Source of the DNA: Elusimicrobiota bacterium
GTDB taxonomy: Bacteria; Elusimicrobiota; Elusimicrobia; UBA1565; JACRDR01
Assembly (NCBI GenBank): GCA_016194745.1
Contig: JACQBA010000013.1
Span: forward strand, 64,822 to 128,821
Reading direction: 5' to 3'
Length of the DNA stretch: 64,000 nucleotides
A program made the translations under genes and the position numbers. Below the pieces are notes generated by a model. That model worked only from the letters and a program-made list of their open reading frames with translations. It searched no databases and was not told the DNA's origin. Each line of letters opens with the position of its first letter. Within the stretch, counting starts at the first letter, position 1. Shown here piece after piece: positions 19,482-31,405 of the stretch.

Positions 19482-22400
19482 CTACGCCGCTTCGGTGCCG
19501 GCGGGCTTCTCGGCCTCGCCGGCCTTCGGGGCGGGCGAGTCCTTCTTGTCTTGGAAATCGACCGCGAGGAGCTGGCTGACGCCGGACTCCTCCATCGTCA
19601 CGCCGTACATCTGGTCGGCGCACGTCATCGTCTTCTTGTTGTGGCTGATGACGAGGAACTGAGATTTGCTGGCGAACTCGCGCACCATCGCGGCGAAGCG
19701 TCCCACGTTCGCCTCGTCGAGCGCGGCGTCGGCCTCGTCGAGCATGCACATGGGGGACGGGCGGACCATGAAGAAGGCAAAGAGGAGCGCGATCGCCGTC
19801 AGCGTGCGCTCGCCGCCGGACAGGAGCGTGATGCTCTGCAGGCGCTTGCCCGGCGGCTGCGCGACGATGTCGATGCCGGTCTCGAGCAGATTCTCCTGGT
19901 CGGTCAAGACGAGGTCGGCCTCGCCGCCCTCGAAAAGCGTGCCGTAGATGCGCACGAAGTGCTCGCGCACCTCGGTGAAAGTCTGGCGGAAGTGCTCGCG
20001 CGTCGTCGCGTTGATCTTCGAGATCGCCTGGCGCAGGTCCTCCTTCGCCTTGGCCAGGTCCTCGACCTGGCTCATGAAGAACGTGTGCTTGCCCGTCAGC
20101 GCCTCGTACTCCTCCGGCGCGGCGAGGTTGATGTTGCCCATGTTTTGGATTCGGCGCCGCAGGGTCTGGATCTTCTCGGGGTCGACGGCGACCTGCTGGT
20201 ACTTCGCGCTCGCCTCCTCCACCGTGAACTGCCACTCGTCCCAGAGCCGGCCCTTCTGCGAGTCGCGGCGCACCTTGAGCTCGCTGGCCTTGAGCTCCCA
20301 TTGGTGCAGCTCGTCCTGCAGGCGCTGCGTCTCGGCGCCGAGCGTCTCGGCGTTCTGCTGCATGGTGTCGATGGAGATCTGCGCGGCGGAAAGCTTAGCC
20401 GAGAAGCCCTGCGCCTCGACTTCGCCCTGGGCGAGCCGCTGGTGGCTGTCCTCGAGGGCGGTCTTGGACTCGGCGTCCACGGCCTGATACTCCGCGATCT
20501 GCTTTTCGATGTCCTCGATGTCCGCGCGGCGGCGGTCGAGCGACGCCTTGAGGCTCTCCTCTTCCATCGCGAGGCGCCCGCACTGGTTCTCGATCACCGC
20601 GTGCTGGCTCTCGGCCTGACGGAAGGCCTTTTCCAGAACATCGCCCTGCGAGCGCCGCGCCTCGAGCTCGCCCTGCATCGCCGTGACGCGGCGAAGCGCC
20701 TCGTTCTCGGCGGCGCTGAATTCAGATTCGGTCTTGCGCTTCTCCTCGACGGCCTGCCGCCCTAGGATGAGCGCTTCCTTCGCCGCGGCGATCTCGCCGA
20801 GGATGCGGGCGGAGTCCTGGGTGAGGACCTCGGCGTACTGCCCGAGGCGCTCGATGCGGCCCTGGCGCTCGCGCCGGCGCGCTTCGACGGAGCCCCACGC
20901 GACGGTCTCCTCCTGCACGGCCGCGGCCGCCTCGCGCACGCGGCCCTCGGCGGCCGCGAGCTCGCCTTCCAGGACGGCCTTGCGCTCGGAGAGCGAGGCT
21001 TGCGTCGCCTCGAACTCGCCGGTCTGCCGCTTGAGCGCGGAGACGTCGCTGAGCTGGACGGACACGGTCTCCTTCGGCTCGATGCCTCCGGATATCCAGT
21101 GGGAGCCGAACAGGCTGTTGCCCAGGCAGTAGCACTCCGCGAGCAAAAGGTGCGCCGCCGCCTCGATGCGCGGGTCCCATTTCACTTTATGTAGCAGCGG
21201 GCGCGCCTGCGGCGGGAACGTGGACGGCTGAGGAGCGGGATCGGGGAGCGCGCTGAGGACGAGGAAGCGCGCGCGGCCCTTTCCGGCCGATTCGAGAAGC
21301 TCGATGGCGTTGCGCGCGGAAGTCAGATCCTCGCAGACGAGGGCGGTGAGCCGCTCGCCGAGGGCGTCGAGCACGAACTGCTCGAAGCCGGGCTCGACGG
21401 TGAGGAGCGAGCGCAGCGTGCCGAGAACGCCCGGCATGTTCGCCGCGAGGACGGCCTGGGCGCCGACCCAATAGGGATCCTGCGCGCCCTGCGCCTCGAG
21501 AGTCTCCACGCGCGCCTTGAGCACCGCGCACTCGGTGCGGGCGCCCACGATCTGGTCGGACACCGCGGCGATCTCAGCGGCCTTGGCGGACCGCTGCGCC
21601 TCGGCGGCGGCGTGGGCCGCCTTGCGCTCCTGGAGCCTCCCCTCCGCGGCGGAGACCTCGGAGGCCTCGGACTGCGCCTCGATGCCGGCGGCCTGCGATT
21701 CCGTCAGCGTCTTGGACAAGTCCTTCAGCGTCTCGCGCACCGAGCTGATCTGATCCCGGAGGTCGCTGTCCATGCTGGAGAGCTTGCGGGCCGCGTCCTG
21801 CGTCGCCTGGGCGGCCTCGTTGAAGCGCGCACGCAGGCCCGACGCCTCGGCCTCGGCGGAGCCGATGCTCTCGTGGAGCGTCGCGAGCCGCGCGGCGAAC
21901 TCGTCGCGCTCCGTCTTGGCGGAGTCGACCGCGAGCGCCGCCTGCGACAGCACCTCGCGCGCCTTCTCCATCTCCGGATCGAGCTGCGCGAGCCGCTGCC
22001 GCGCCGATTCCATCTCGAGCAAATCCTTTTCCTTGCGCGCCTGGAGCGCCTCGACGGTGCGCTTGGCGTTGTGGATGCGTTCCTGGAGCCGGCCGATCTC
22101 CGCCTTGACCCCGGCGATGCGCTGGTGCAGCTCGGCGGCCTGCGCCTGCTGCTGGGTGTTCTCGAGGCGGGCCGCCGCGAGACGCCCCTGCTCGGCGTCG
22201 AGCTCGTTCTTCTTGGACTCGAGGTTCCGCCGCACGGGATCGATGAGCGCCGCCTCGCGATCGATCTCGGCGCCGAGAGCCGCGAGGTCCTGCAGGAGCT
22301 GGCCGACCTCCTGCGCCGTCAGCTCGTCCTTGTACTTTTGGTAGAGCTTGGCCTTACGGGCGTCGGAGTCGAGCTTCTTGATCTGCTCGGTGATGAGGGC

Positions 22401-22985
22401 GATGGAGTCCTGCAGGCGAGCGAGGTCGGCCTCGACGCGTTCGAGCTTGCGCAGGGCTTCCTCGCGCTTGGCGCGGTACTTGGCGACGCCCGCGGCTTCC
22501 TCGAACAGGGAGCGCCGGTCCTCGGGCTTCGAGCGCAGGACGAAATCGACGCCGCCCTGGTCGATGATCGCGTAGCCGTCGCCGCCGATGCCGGTGTCGA
22601 GGAAGAGCTCGCGGATGTCCTTCAAGCGGCAGGCCGTCTTGTTGAGCAGATACTCGGACTCGCCGCTCCTGAAGATTCGGCGGGTGACGGTGATCTCGGT
22701 GTACTGCACCGGCAGTTGCCCGGAGGTGTTGTCGAAAGTGAGCGTGACTTCGGCCATCGACAGCGGCTTGCGCCGGGCGTTGCCGTTGAAGATGACGTCG
22801 ACCATGGACGGCGAGCGGAGGGATTTCCAGGACATCTCGCCGAGGCACCAGCGGATGGCCTCCATCACGTTGGTCTTGCCGCAGCCGTTGGGTCCGATGA
22901 CCCCGGTGATGCCCGGCTTGAACTCGAGGCGGGTCTTGTCGGCGAAGGACTTGAAGCCGACGATCTCCAATGATTTTAGATGCAT
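19482..22985 (-). CDS. smc: chromosome segregation protein SMC
   Basis: 1167 aa. N-terminal Walker A is MHLKSLEIVGFKSFADKTRLEFKPGITGVIGPNGCGKTN. It has long coiled coils, a hinge, and a C-terminal signature/Walker B region (LSGGERTLTAIALLFA...MLDEADAALD). Confidence 0.95.
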   Translation of the reverse strand: MHLKSLEIVGFKSFADKTRLEFKPGITGVIGPNGCGKTNVMEAIRWCLGEMSWKSLRSPSMVDVIFNGNARRKPLSMAEVTLTFDNTSGQLPVQYTEITVTRRIFRSGESEYLLNKTACRLKDIRELFLDTGIGGDGYAIIDQGGVDFVLRSKPEDRRSLFEEAAGVAKYRAKREEALRKLERVEADLARLQDSIALITEQIKKLDSDARKAKLYQKYKDELTAQEVGQLLQDLAALGAEIDREAALIDPVRRNLESKKNELDAEQGRLAAARLENTQQQAQAAELHQRIAGVKAEIGRLQERIHNAKRTVEALQARKEKDLLEMESARQRLAQLDPEMEKAREVLSQAALAVDSAKTERDEFAARLATLHESIGSAEAEASGLRARFNEAAQATQDAARKLSSMDSDLRDQISSVRETLKDLSKTLTESQAAGIEAQSEASEVSAAEGRLQERKAAHAAAEAQRSAKAAEIAAVSDQIVGARTECAVLKARVETLEAQGAQDPYWVGAQAVLAANMPGVLGTLRSLLTVEPGFEQFVLDALGERLTALVCEDLTSARNAIELLESAGKGRARFLVLSALPDPAPQPSTFPPQARPLLHKVKWDPRIEAAAHLLLAECYCLGNSLFGSHWISGGIEPKETVSVQLSDVSALKRQTGEFEATQASLSERKAVLEGELAAAEGRVREAAAAVQEETVAWGSVEARRRERQGRIERLGQYAEVLTQDSARILGEIAAAKEALILGRQAVEEKRKTESEFSAAENEALRRVTAMQGELEARRSQGDVLEKAFRQAESQHAVIENQCGRLAMEEESLKASLDRRRADIEDIEKQIAEYQAVDAESKTALEDSHQRLAQGEVEAQGFSAKLSAAQISIDTMQQNAETLGAETQRLQDELHQWELKASELKVRRDSQKGRLWDEWQFTVEEASAKYQQVAVDPEKIQTLRRRIQNMGNINLAAPEEYEALTGKHTFFMSQVEDLAKAKEDLRQAISKINATTREHFRQTFTEVREHFVRIYGTLFEGGEADLVLTDQENLLETGIDIVAQPPGKRLQSITLLSGGERTLTAIALLFAFFMVRPSPMCMLDEADAALDEANVGRFAAMVREFASKSQFLVISHNKKTMTCADQMYGVTMEESGVSQLLAVDFQDKKDSPAPKAGEAEKPAGTEAA

Positions 22986-23020
22986 GATCTAAGCCCCCGG
23001 GCGCGGGTCTCCTCGGCGTC

Positions 23021-23050
23021 CATCTATTACCATCTATTCACGTCTATTTG
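23021..23050. repeat. three tandem ~10-bp direct repeats (CATCTATTa / CATCTATTc / CGTCTATTt) in the smc-amidase divergent region
   Basis: ccatctatta ccatctattc acgtctattt occur at phased 10-bp spacing, one helical turn. This looks like a response-regulator or iteron-type binding array. Confidence 0.45.
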
Positions 23051-23115
23051 CTAACTGCGTCCATCAGTTTAGCACATCCCGTCGAGAAAGTCAATATTTT
23101 GAAATATCCGCCCCT

Positions 23116-23144
23116 TGACAACCGTATGACCCCGTGGTATCTAG
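23116..23144 (+). promoter_or_regulatory. sigma70-like promoter of the amidase gene (TTGACA-N17-TGgTATCTA)
   Basis: TTGACAaccgtatgaccccgtggTATCTA ends about 10 nt upstream of the ATG. Confidence 0.5.
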
Positions 23145-23153
23145 TGAAGGTCG

Positions 23154-23879
23154 ATGTCAAACTTCTCCGTCGTGACCGCGCTGGCCCTCTTGGCCGCCCC
23201 CGCCGCGTTCGGGGAGCTGCCGGAGGCGCAGTCCCCCTCCCGCCCGCTCGTCATCATCGATCCTGGGCATGGGGGCAAGGACTGGGGCGCGACCGCCAAG
23301 AAGCTGCGCGAGAAGGACCTTTGCCTTGCCATCGCCAAGAAGCTCCGCGACCATCTGCGCGCCGACGCGGGCCTGCCGGCCCGGTTGACGCGCGAGGACG
23401 ACACCTTCATCCCTCTCGACCAGCGCATCGAAAGCACCTTGGACTGGCAGGAAGCGCTGTTCGTCTCGCTCCATATGGACCAGGACCGGAACAAGAAGAT
23501 GTCCGGCATGACGATCTACGCCTTCGGCAAGAGCGGCCAGAAATGGCGCCCAGTCCACCGGCGCTACAAGAAGCTGCCCCCGCCGCCGAAGGAAGCCGCG
23601 ATTCAGAGCGCCGCGTTCGCGAAAGCGCTCGCGACGGGCCTGCGCTCCTCCGGCTTCGAGGTGGACGGCACGAGCAAGGCGGAGTACTACGTCTTGAAGA
23701 ACCCGGAGCATCCCGCCGTCTTGATCGAGCTGGGCTACCTGAGCAACGCCGCCGAGTCGGCGAAGCTCGCCGATCCCGAGTATCAGGACAAGATCGCCGC
23801 GGCCCTGGCGCGAGGGCTTTCCGGCTACATGGCCGACGCGCGCAAGCGCCCCGGCGCCGAGTCCCTCGCCGCGCGCTGA
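23154..23879 (+). CDS. N-acetylmuramoyl-L-alanine amidase (Amidase_3, AmiC-like), secreted
   Basis: Signal peptide MSNFSVVTALALLAAPAAFG. Amidase_3 motifs are LVIIDPGHGGKDWGA, ALFVSLHMD and VLIELGYLSN. Confidence 0.85.
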   Translation: MSNFSVVTALALLAAPAAFGELPEAQSPSRPLVIIDPGHGGKDWGATAKKLREKDLCLAIAKKLRDHLRADAGLPARLTREDDTFIPLDQRIESTLDWQEALFVSLHMDQDRNKKMSGMTIYAFGKSGQKWRPVHRRYKKLPPPPKEAAIQSAAFAKALATGLRSSGFEVDGTSKAEYYVLKNPEHPAVLIELGYLSNAAESAKLADPEYQDKIAAALARGLSGYMADARKRPGAESLAAR

Positions 23880-23919
23880 CCCTCTCTCCGGCCGTCGAGA
23901 AATATGCGATACTGACGCC

Positions 23920-24855
23920 ATGAGATCGCTATTGCTCCTCGCGCTTCTCGCTCTTCCAGTCGCCGCGGCCGATCCGACGCTGGAGATCCCTCCGGACGAG
24001 GCGCTGCGGATCGGGCGCAAGATCTGGGCCAACGAGACGGGTTCCGACCCCCGCTCCATCGTCGCGTGGAACCTCAAAGAGGAGTGCGCGTCTCTCGGCA
24101 TCGGCCATTTCATCTGGTTCCCGAAGGTCGTCAACAGCCGCTTCGAGGAGAGCTTCCCGGGAATGATCGCCTTTCTCAAGGAGCGCGGACACCGCCCTCC
24201 GAAGTGGCTCATGGACTGGATGGCGGAGCACTCCCACGCGCCCTGGTCCAACAAGCAGGAGTTCGACGCGGACTCCCGCTCGCCGAGGATGGAGGAGCTC
24301 CGCGCCTTCCTCAACGATCCCGCGACCTTCGAGCCGCAGACGCAGTACATCGCGCGCCGCATGCAGGAGGCCCTGCCGAAGGTCCTCCAGCAGCTCGAGC
24401 GCGAAGGCGTGCCGGAAGCCGACCGCGAGCGCATCCGCACCCAGTTCTACCGCATCGCCCGCGGGCCGGAGGGGTTCTACATCCTGATGGACTACGTCAA
24501 CTTCAAGGGCGAGGGGCTGAGCCGCGCCGAGCGCTACGCGGTGCGCAAGCCCGGCGCCTGCGAGAATCCTCCGCGGAGCGCGACGTGCGAGGACCCGCGC
24601 GCGAAAAGCTGCCACATCTGCGAGGATCCGACGCAGACGAAGTGCGAATGCCGCGGCTGGGGCCTGCTCCAATCGCTGCGCGGCATGCCGAGCGAGGGAG
24701 ACGCCGCGCTCGAGTTCGCCAAGTCCGCGTACCTGCGCCTTAAGGGCCGCGCCCACGATTCCACGCCCCCCGACGAGGTCGCGCAGCGCGCGCTCCGCGG
24801 CTGGGCCAAGCGCCTCAAGACGTACAGCCCGAAGTTCGAAGCGGACGAGCGCTAG
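23920..24855 (+). CDS. secreted hypothetical protein with Cys-rich C-terminal region
   Basis: 311 aa with signal peptide MRSLLLLALLALPVAAA. Has a C-terminal CENPPRSATCEDPRAKSCHICEDPTQTKCEC cluster. No recognisable family. Confidence 0.55.
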   Translation: MRSLLLLALLALPVAAADPTLEIPPDEALRIGRKIWANETGSDPRSIVAWNLKEECASLGIGHFIWFPKVVNSRFEESFPGMIAFLKERGHRPPKWLMDWMAEHSHAPWSNKQEFDADSRSPRMEELRAFLNDPATFEPQTQYIARRMQEALPKVLQQLEREGVPEADRERIRTQFYRIARGPEGFYILMDYVNFKGEGLSRAERYAVRKPGACENPPRSATCEDPRAKSCHICEDPTQTKCECRGWGLLQSLRGMPSEGDAALEFAKSAYLRLKGRAHDSTPPDEVAQRALRGWAKRLKTYSPKFEADER

Positions 24856-24915
24856 TCTCTCCCGTTCACGACGATCGCATCGAAATATATCTAACATATT
24901 TTCTTAGTTTTCCTA

Positions 24916-24944
24916 TTGACTTTAAATATTTTAACTGTTATAAT
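24916..24944 (+). promoter_or_regulatory. near-consensus sigma70 promoter of hspR-clpB (TTGACT-N17-TATAAT) in an AT-rich island
   Basis: TTGACT is at 24916-24921 and TATAAT at 24939-24944. The predicted TSS is only ~5 nt before the ATG at 24956. The spacer contains the 8-bp palindrome AAATATTT. Confidence 0.6.
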
Positions 24945-24955
24945 TTAGCAAGGGC

Positions 24956-25246
24956 ATGAAGATCAACCCGCGTCTCAAGCGGACCCGCAGGACGCCTATC
25001 TACAACGTCGGCGCGGCGTCTCGGCTCACGGGCATCCCGATCTGGACGCTCCGCTGGATCGAGCGCCACGGGCTCGTGGCCCCGACGCGGACGGACGGAA
25101 ACCACCGCTTGTTCTCGGACGAGGACCTGGAGTTGTTGGAGCAGATCCGGCAGCTGATGGAGGAGCAGGTGAATCTGCCCGGCATCCGCATCATCTTGAG
25201 GATGAAGGTCGAGCATACGACCCTCGTCATCCGCAGGAAGGCGTGA
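24956..25246 (+). CDS. hspR: MerR-family heat-shock repressor HspR-like
   Basis: 96 aa. HTH segment is [29 protein letters not shown], followed by a short dimerisation helix. It sits immediately upstream of clpB, the classic HspR arrangement. Confidence 0.7.
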   Translation: MKINPRLKRTRRTPIYNVGAASRLTGIPIWTLRWIERHGLVAPTRTDGNHRLFSDEDLELLEQIRQLMEEQVNLPGIRIILRMKVEHTTLVIRRKA

Positions 25247-25292
25247 CGCGAAGGCCCGGGAGCGCGGCAGGAGCATTGCAGCGGAGGATGTC

Positions 25293-27922
<2,630 letters not shown>

Positions 27923-27926
<4 letters not shown>

Positions 27927-29071
27927 AAGGCCAGCTTCAGATCCTTGATCGCCTTGAGCTGATCGGGATGCCGCTGCATGTCCTCGGCGGCGCGGCGCTG
28001 GACCTCGCTCCAATCGACGTCCCACACGACGTGCGAATCGGTGAAGCGCCCCCATTCTCGGAGGCTCTGCTTGAGCCGAGAATGCAGGAGCCGCGACTCC
28101 TTCTGCAGGTCCCGCGCGATGGGACTCTTGGCGAGCGCCGTGAGCCGCTCGAGCTCCTTTCGGCCCTTGGGCGTGCGGCCCGCCTTGAGCTCGTTCTGCA
28201 GCCACGTCTCCGATTCCCGCAGCCCGGCCAAGCGCTGCTTCGAGGTGGCGATGAGGAAGTCGGTGGTCTCGACGGCGAACGCCATCATCGTTCCGGATTC
28301 CTTATGGGACTCCACGAAATGGCGGGCGATGTCGCGCCGCGCCTTCCACCGCCGCTCGGTCGTGGGGAACTCCTCGATCTCCTTGCGCACCGCTTTGAGC
28401 CGGCTCTTGTACGCCGCGACGGGATCCGCCGCCTCCTCCAGGCTCAAGCTGATCGCGTAGCCGCCCGAGAAGAACCGCCGCTTCTTCTGGTAGGCCTGCG
28501 GATCGGCCGCGATCTCGGAGATGAACGGGTGATCCGCCTTCACGTTGAGCTCCGCGCGGACCACCGCCTCGAAGAGCACGGCGTCCATCTCGTCGAGCTC
28601 GACGCGGATGAACACGTCCTCCCAGCCGGCGCGACGCGCCTTGAGGTTCCAATAGACGTGGCCTAAGACCTCGTGCGCGAGGGTCGGCGCGATCGCGCGC
28701 TCGCTGTAGCGCAGCATCTTGTCGTCCAGATTGACGACCGGGGCGGAGGAGCTCACCTCCGTCCAGCCCGCGTCTCCGCTCAGCGGGATCCATTCGGGGT
28801 CGGACGGCTCCGTCTCCGCGAGCAAGGACCGCGGGTTCGTCTGGAAGGAGAGCCGCACCGGCTCGGGAGAGCGCTCCAGCTCGAGCCAGCGCTTGGCGGC
28901 CGTAGGGCTGTGCGTCAGGATATAGATGACGCGATTGAGCGCGAGACGCTCCTGGTCGGTCCTGGGCTCCAATAGGATCGCGGCGTCCGCGGCGCCCGGA
29001 AACGCCAGGACGAGGAGCGCGAGAGCGGGCAGAAGGAAACGCGCGACGGCGGAGGGACGCGGGCCAAGCAC
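27923..29071 (-). CDS. secreted hypothetical protein with HExxH zinc-metallopeptidase-like motif
   Basis: 382 aa. Signal peptide [18 protein letters not shown] and a HEVLGHVYW motif. Otherwise no family is recognised. Confidence 0.5.
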
Positions 29072-29109
29072 GGGGTTTGGGTGTTTCTGATCGGGATGCC
29101 GGCTTCAGT

Positions 29110-30018
29110 CTACCAATTCGGAGGATCGACGATCGAGGCCTGCGGCAGGTCCGCGTACAGGTTCATCGTGCCCTGGAGGCCGCTCACCCGCACGTGCGTC
29201 TGCTCGAAGTTCGAGCCGCTCACGCGGGGTCCGGCGATGACGAAGCGCCCCTTCAGGACGGTCCGCCCTCCGCGCTTGATCGCTTGCGCGGCGGCGTCGA
29301 TGCCGTCCTCCCGTCCCGACGGAAGCAGCTTTCCGGCTCCCCCGGATCTCTCGAACGTCTCCTGCACCGCCGACACGCGAAGCCCCGTCGCGTCGCTGTC
29401 GCCGACGTTTTCGATCTCGAGCTCGTAGCGCACGACGTCTCCGGGATGGTACACCGCGTAGCGGCCCCAATAGCTCACGGGAAGATGCACGGCGGGATCG
29501 GTCACGCTGAAGCCGGGGATCTCGTAGCGCAGGCCGGAGCCGTCCGCGTAGCTCCAGCCCTCGGGGCTGAGGTACGTCACGCGCAGGCGCAGTGTTCCGG
29601 CGCGGTGCCAGATGCCCTCGCTGCGCGCCTGGACGGGATGGTGCGAGCGGCTGTTGGCGATGAAGGTGAAATACGGGACGGAGGTGTCGAGCGACATCCC
29701 GGAATGGAGGACCATCATCCGGTCCGCCGCGACGGACGCCTCCGCAACGCGCGCGGACTCGGCGCGCGGCGCCTCCGCCACGCCGGACGCGCGCGGCTGG
29801 GGATCGAGCCAGTGCATCAGGGCCGACCAAACGCCCGGCCGCGGCGCGGGCGACGGCAGGGCGGACGCGGGCCTCGCGGCGGCGGGACGCTGCCTCAAGA
29901 GGAACGCGGGATGAGCGGCGCCCGGGACGAACGGGCGGAGATCCAACGCGCCCGTCGAGTCTACGAGAAGCGCCAGCGCCATCGACGCCGCGCCGAGGGA
30001 TCGAAGAAATCTGGTCAT
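29110..30018 (-). CDS. secreted hypothetical protein
   Basis: I chose the internal Met MTRFLRSLGAASMALALLV (signal peptide) at 30018 rather than the track start at 30117. The C-terminal domain is beta-rich. Confidence 0.45.
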   Translation of the reverse strand: MTRFLRSLGAASMALALLVDSTGALDLRPFVPGAAHPAFLLRQRPAAARPASALPSPAPRPGVWSALMHWLDPQPRASGVAEAPRAESARVAEASVAADRMMVLHSGMSLDTSVPYFTFIANSRSHHPVQARSEGIWHRAGTLRLRVTYLSPEGWSYADGSGLRYEIPGFSVTDPAVHLPVSYWGRYAVYHPGDVVRYELEIENVGDSDATGLRVSAVQETFERSGGAGKLLPSGREDGIDAAAQAIKRGGRTVLKGRFVIAGPRVSGSNFEQTHVRVSGLQGTMNLYADLPQASIVDPPNW

Positions 30019-30193
30019 CGTCCTACCCCCTGTAGTATACCCGCTCCCGAATGACAGTCCAGTAACTAGTATGGACCTCATTGCGGCCGATTTCCAGACC
30101 CAGAAGATCCGGTCCACGGGCGCGTTACGGCGCCTCGCACGCGGCGATAATCGCCTTGTGCGAGAAGGCTCAAACAGTTAGCATGATCCGGTC

Positions 30194-31405
30194 ATGCACC
30201 CGCACCGTGCGATGCTGCTCGCGTCGTGCCTGGCTCTCGCGCCCCTCGCGCACACGCGCGCCGAGGTCCGGACGGGCATCGATGTCCTGATCGAGACCCA
30301 GTTCGAGAAGCTGAAGGGCAAGCGGGTCGGTCTCATCACCAACCAGACCGGAAGGACGAAGACCGGCCAATCCACCCTCGAGGCGTTCGCGAAGGCCGAA
30401 GGCGTGACGCTGGCCGCGGTCTTCGCTCCGGAGCACGGCCTGGAGGGCGTGGTCGAGGATCGCTGGATCTCCAACGGAGTGCTGACGCTACCCGGCGGGC
30501 GGCAGATCCCCCTCCACAGCTTGTACGGCTCGACCCAGCGGCCGACGCCCGAGATGCTCGCGGGGCTCGACGCGCTCGTCTTCGACATCCAGGACGTCGG
30601 CGCCCGGTTCTACACCTACGCCGCGACGATGGGCATGGCGATGGAGGCCGCCGCCGCGGCGAACAAGGAATTCTACGTCCTCGACCGGCCCAATCCGATC
30701 ACGGGGCGCTTCGTGGAGGGCCCCCTCCTGGCCGATCCCATGAAGCACATCATCGCGTACTTCCCGGTGCCCGTCCGCCACGGGCTCACGATCGGCGAAA
30801 TCGCCCGCCTGCACGTGCTTCTCGACAAGGTGAACGTGAACCTGCACGTCATCCCCCTCAAGGGCTGGAACCGCGGACAGTGGTTCGACGAGACGGGCCT
30901 GCCGTGGACCAAGCCGTCGCCGAACATGCCGGACCTCGAGTCCGCCACGTTGTACCCGGGCGTCGCCTGCCTCGAGTTCTCCAATCTATCGGTGGGCCGC
31001 GGGACGCCGCGCCCCTTCTTGTGGGTCGGGGCGCCGTGGCTCAATTCCAAGGCGGTGCTCAAGATCCTCCGCAAGGCGCACCTGCCGGGCATCTGGTTCA
31101 CCTCCGCGGACGAGACGCCGACGAAGGAGCCGCATCGGAACCAGAAAAGCCACGGCATCGCCATGCGCATCACCGACCGCGACCGGCTCAAGCCGCTCCA
31201 CGTCTTCGCGCACCTCGCCCACGCCCTCCGGCAGGTCCATCCGCAGGAGTTCCAGCCGAAGTGGGAACAGACGATCCGCATGGTCGGCACGGACCGCTTC
31301 CGCCAGATCTACGACGCCGGAGCTTCGCCCGAGAAGCTCATCGAGCTCTTCAATGCGGGAGCCGAGGACTTCAAGAAAAGCAGGAAGCTCTACCTCTTAT
31401 ATTGA
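30194..31405 (+). CDS. namZ: DUF1343 family exo-beta-N-acetylmuramidase (NamZ-like)
   Basis: 403 aa with signal peptide. The DUF1343 hallmarks GIDVLIETQFEKLKGKRVGLITNQTG, VFDIQDVGARFYTY and YVLDRPNP are all present. Confidence 0.75.
   Translation: MHPHRAMLLASCLALAPLAHTRAEVRTGIDVLIETQFEKLKGKRVGLITNQTGRTKTGQSTLEAFAKAEGVTLAAVFAPEHGLEGVVEDRWISNGVLTLPGGRQIPLHSLYGSTQRPTPEMLAGLDALVFDIQDVGARFYTYAATMGMAMEAAAAANKEFYVLDRPNPITGRFVEGPLLADPMKHIIAYFPVPVRHGLTIGEIARLHVLLDKVNVNLHVIPLKGWNRGQWFDETGLPWTKPSPNMPDLESATLYPGVACLEFSNLSVGRGTPRPFLWVGAPWLNSKAVLKILRKAHLPGIWFTSADETPTKEPHRNQKSHGIAMRITDRDRLKPLHVFAHLAHALRQVHPQEFQPKWEQTIRMVGTDRFRQIYDAGASPEKLIELFNAGAEDFKKSRKLYLLY

Noticed and set aside
19476-22973. Plus-strand ORFs 19476-20765 and 21612-22973 (and others) inside smc
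   Set aside because: They are antisense to the unambiguous smc gene, with Leu/Arg/Gly-rich low-complexity translations.
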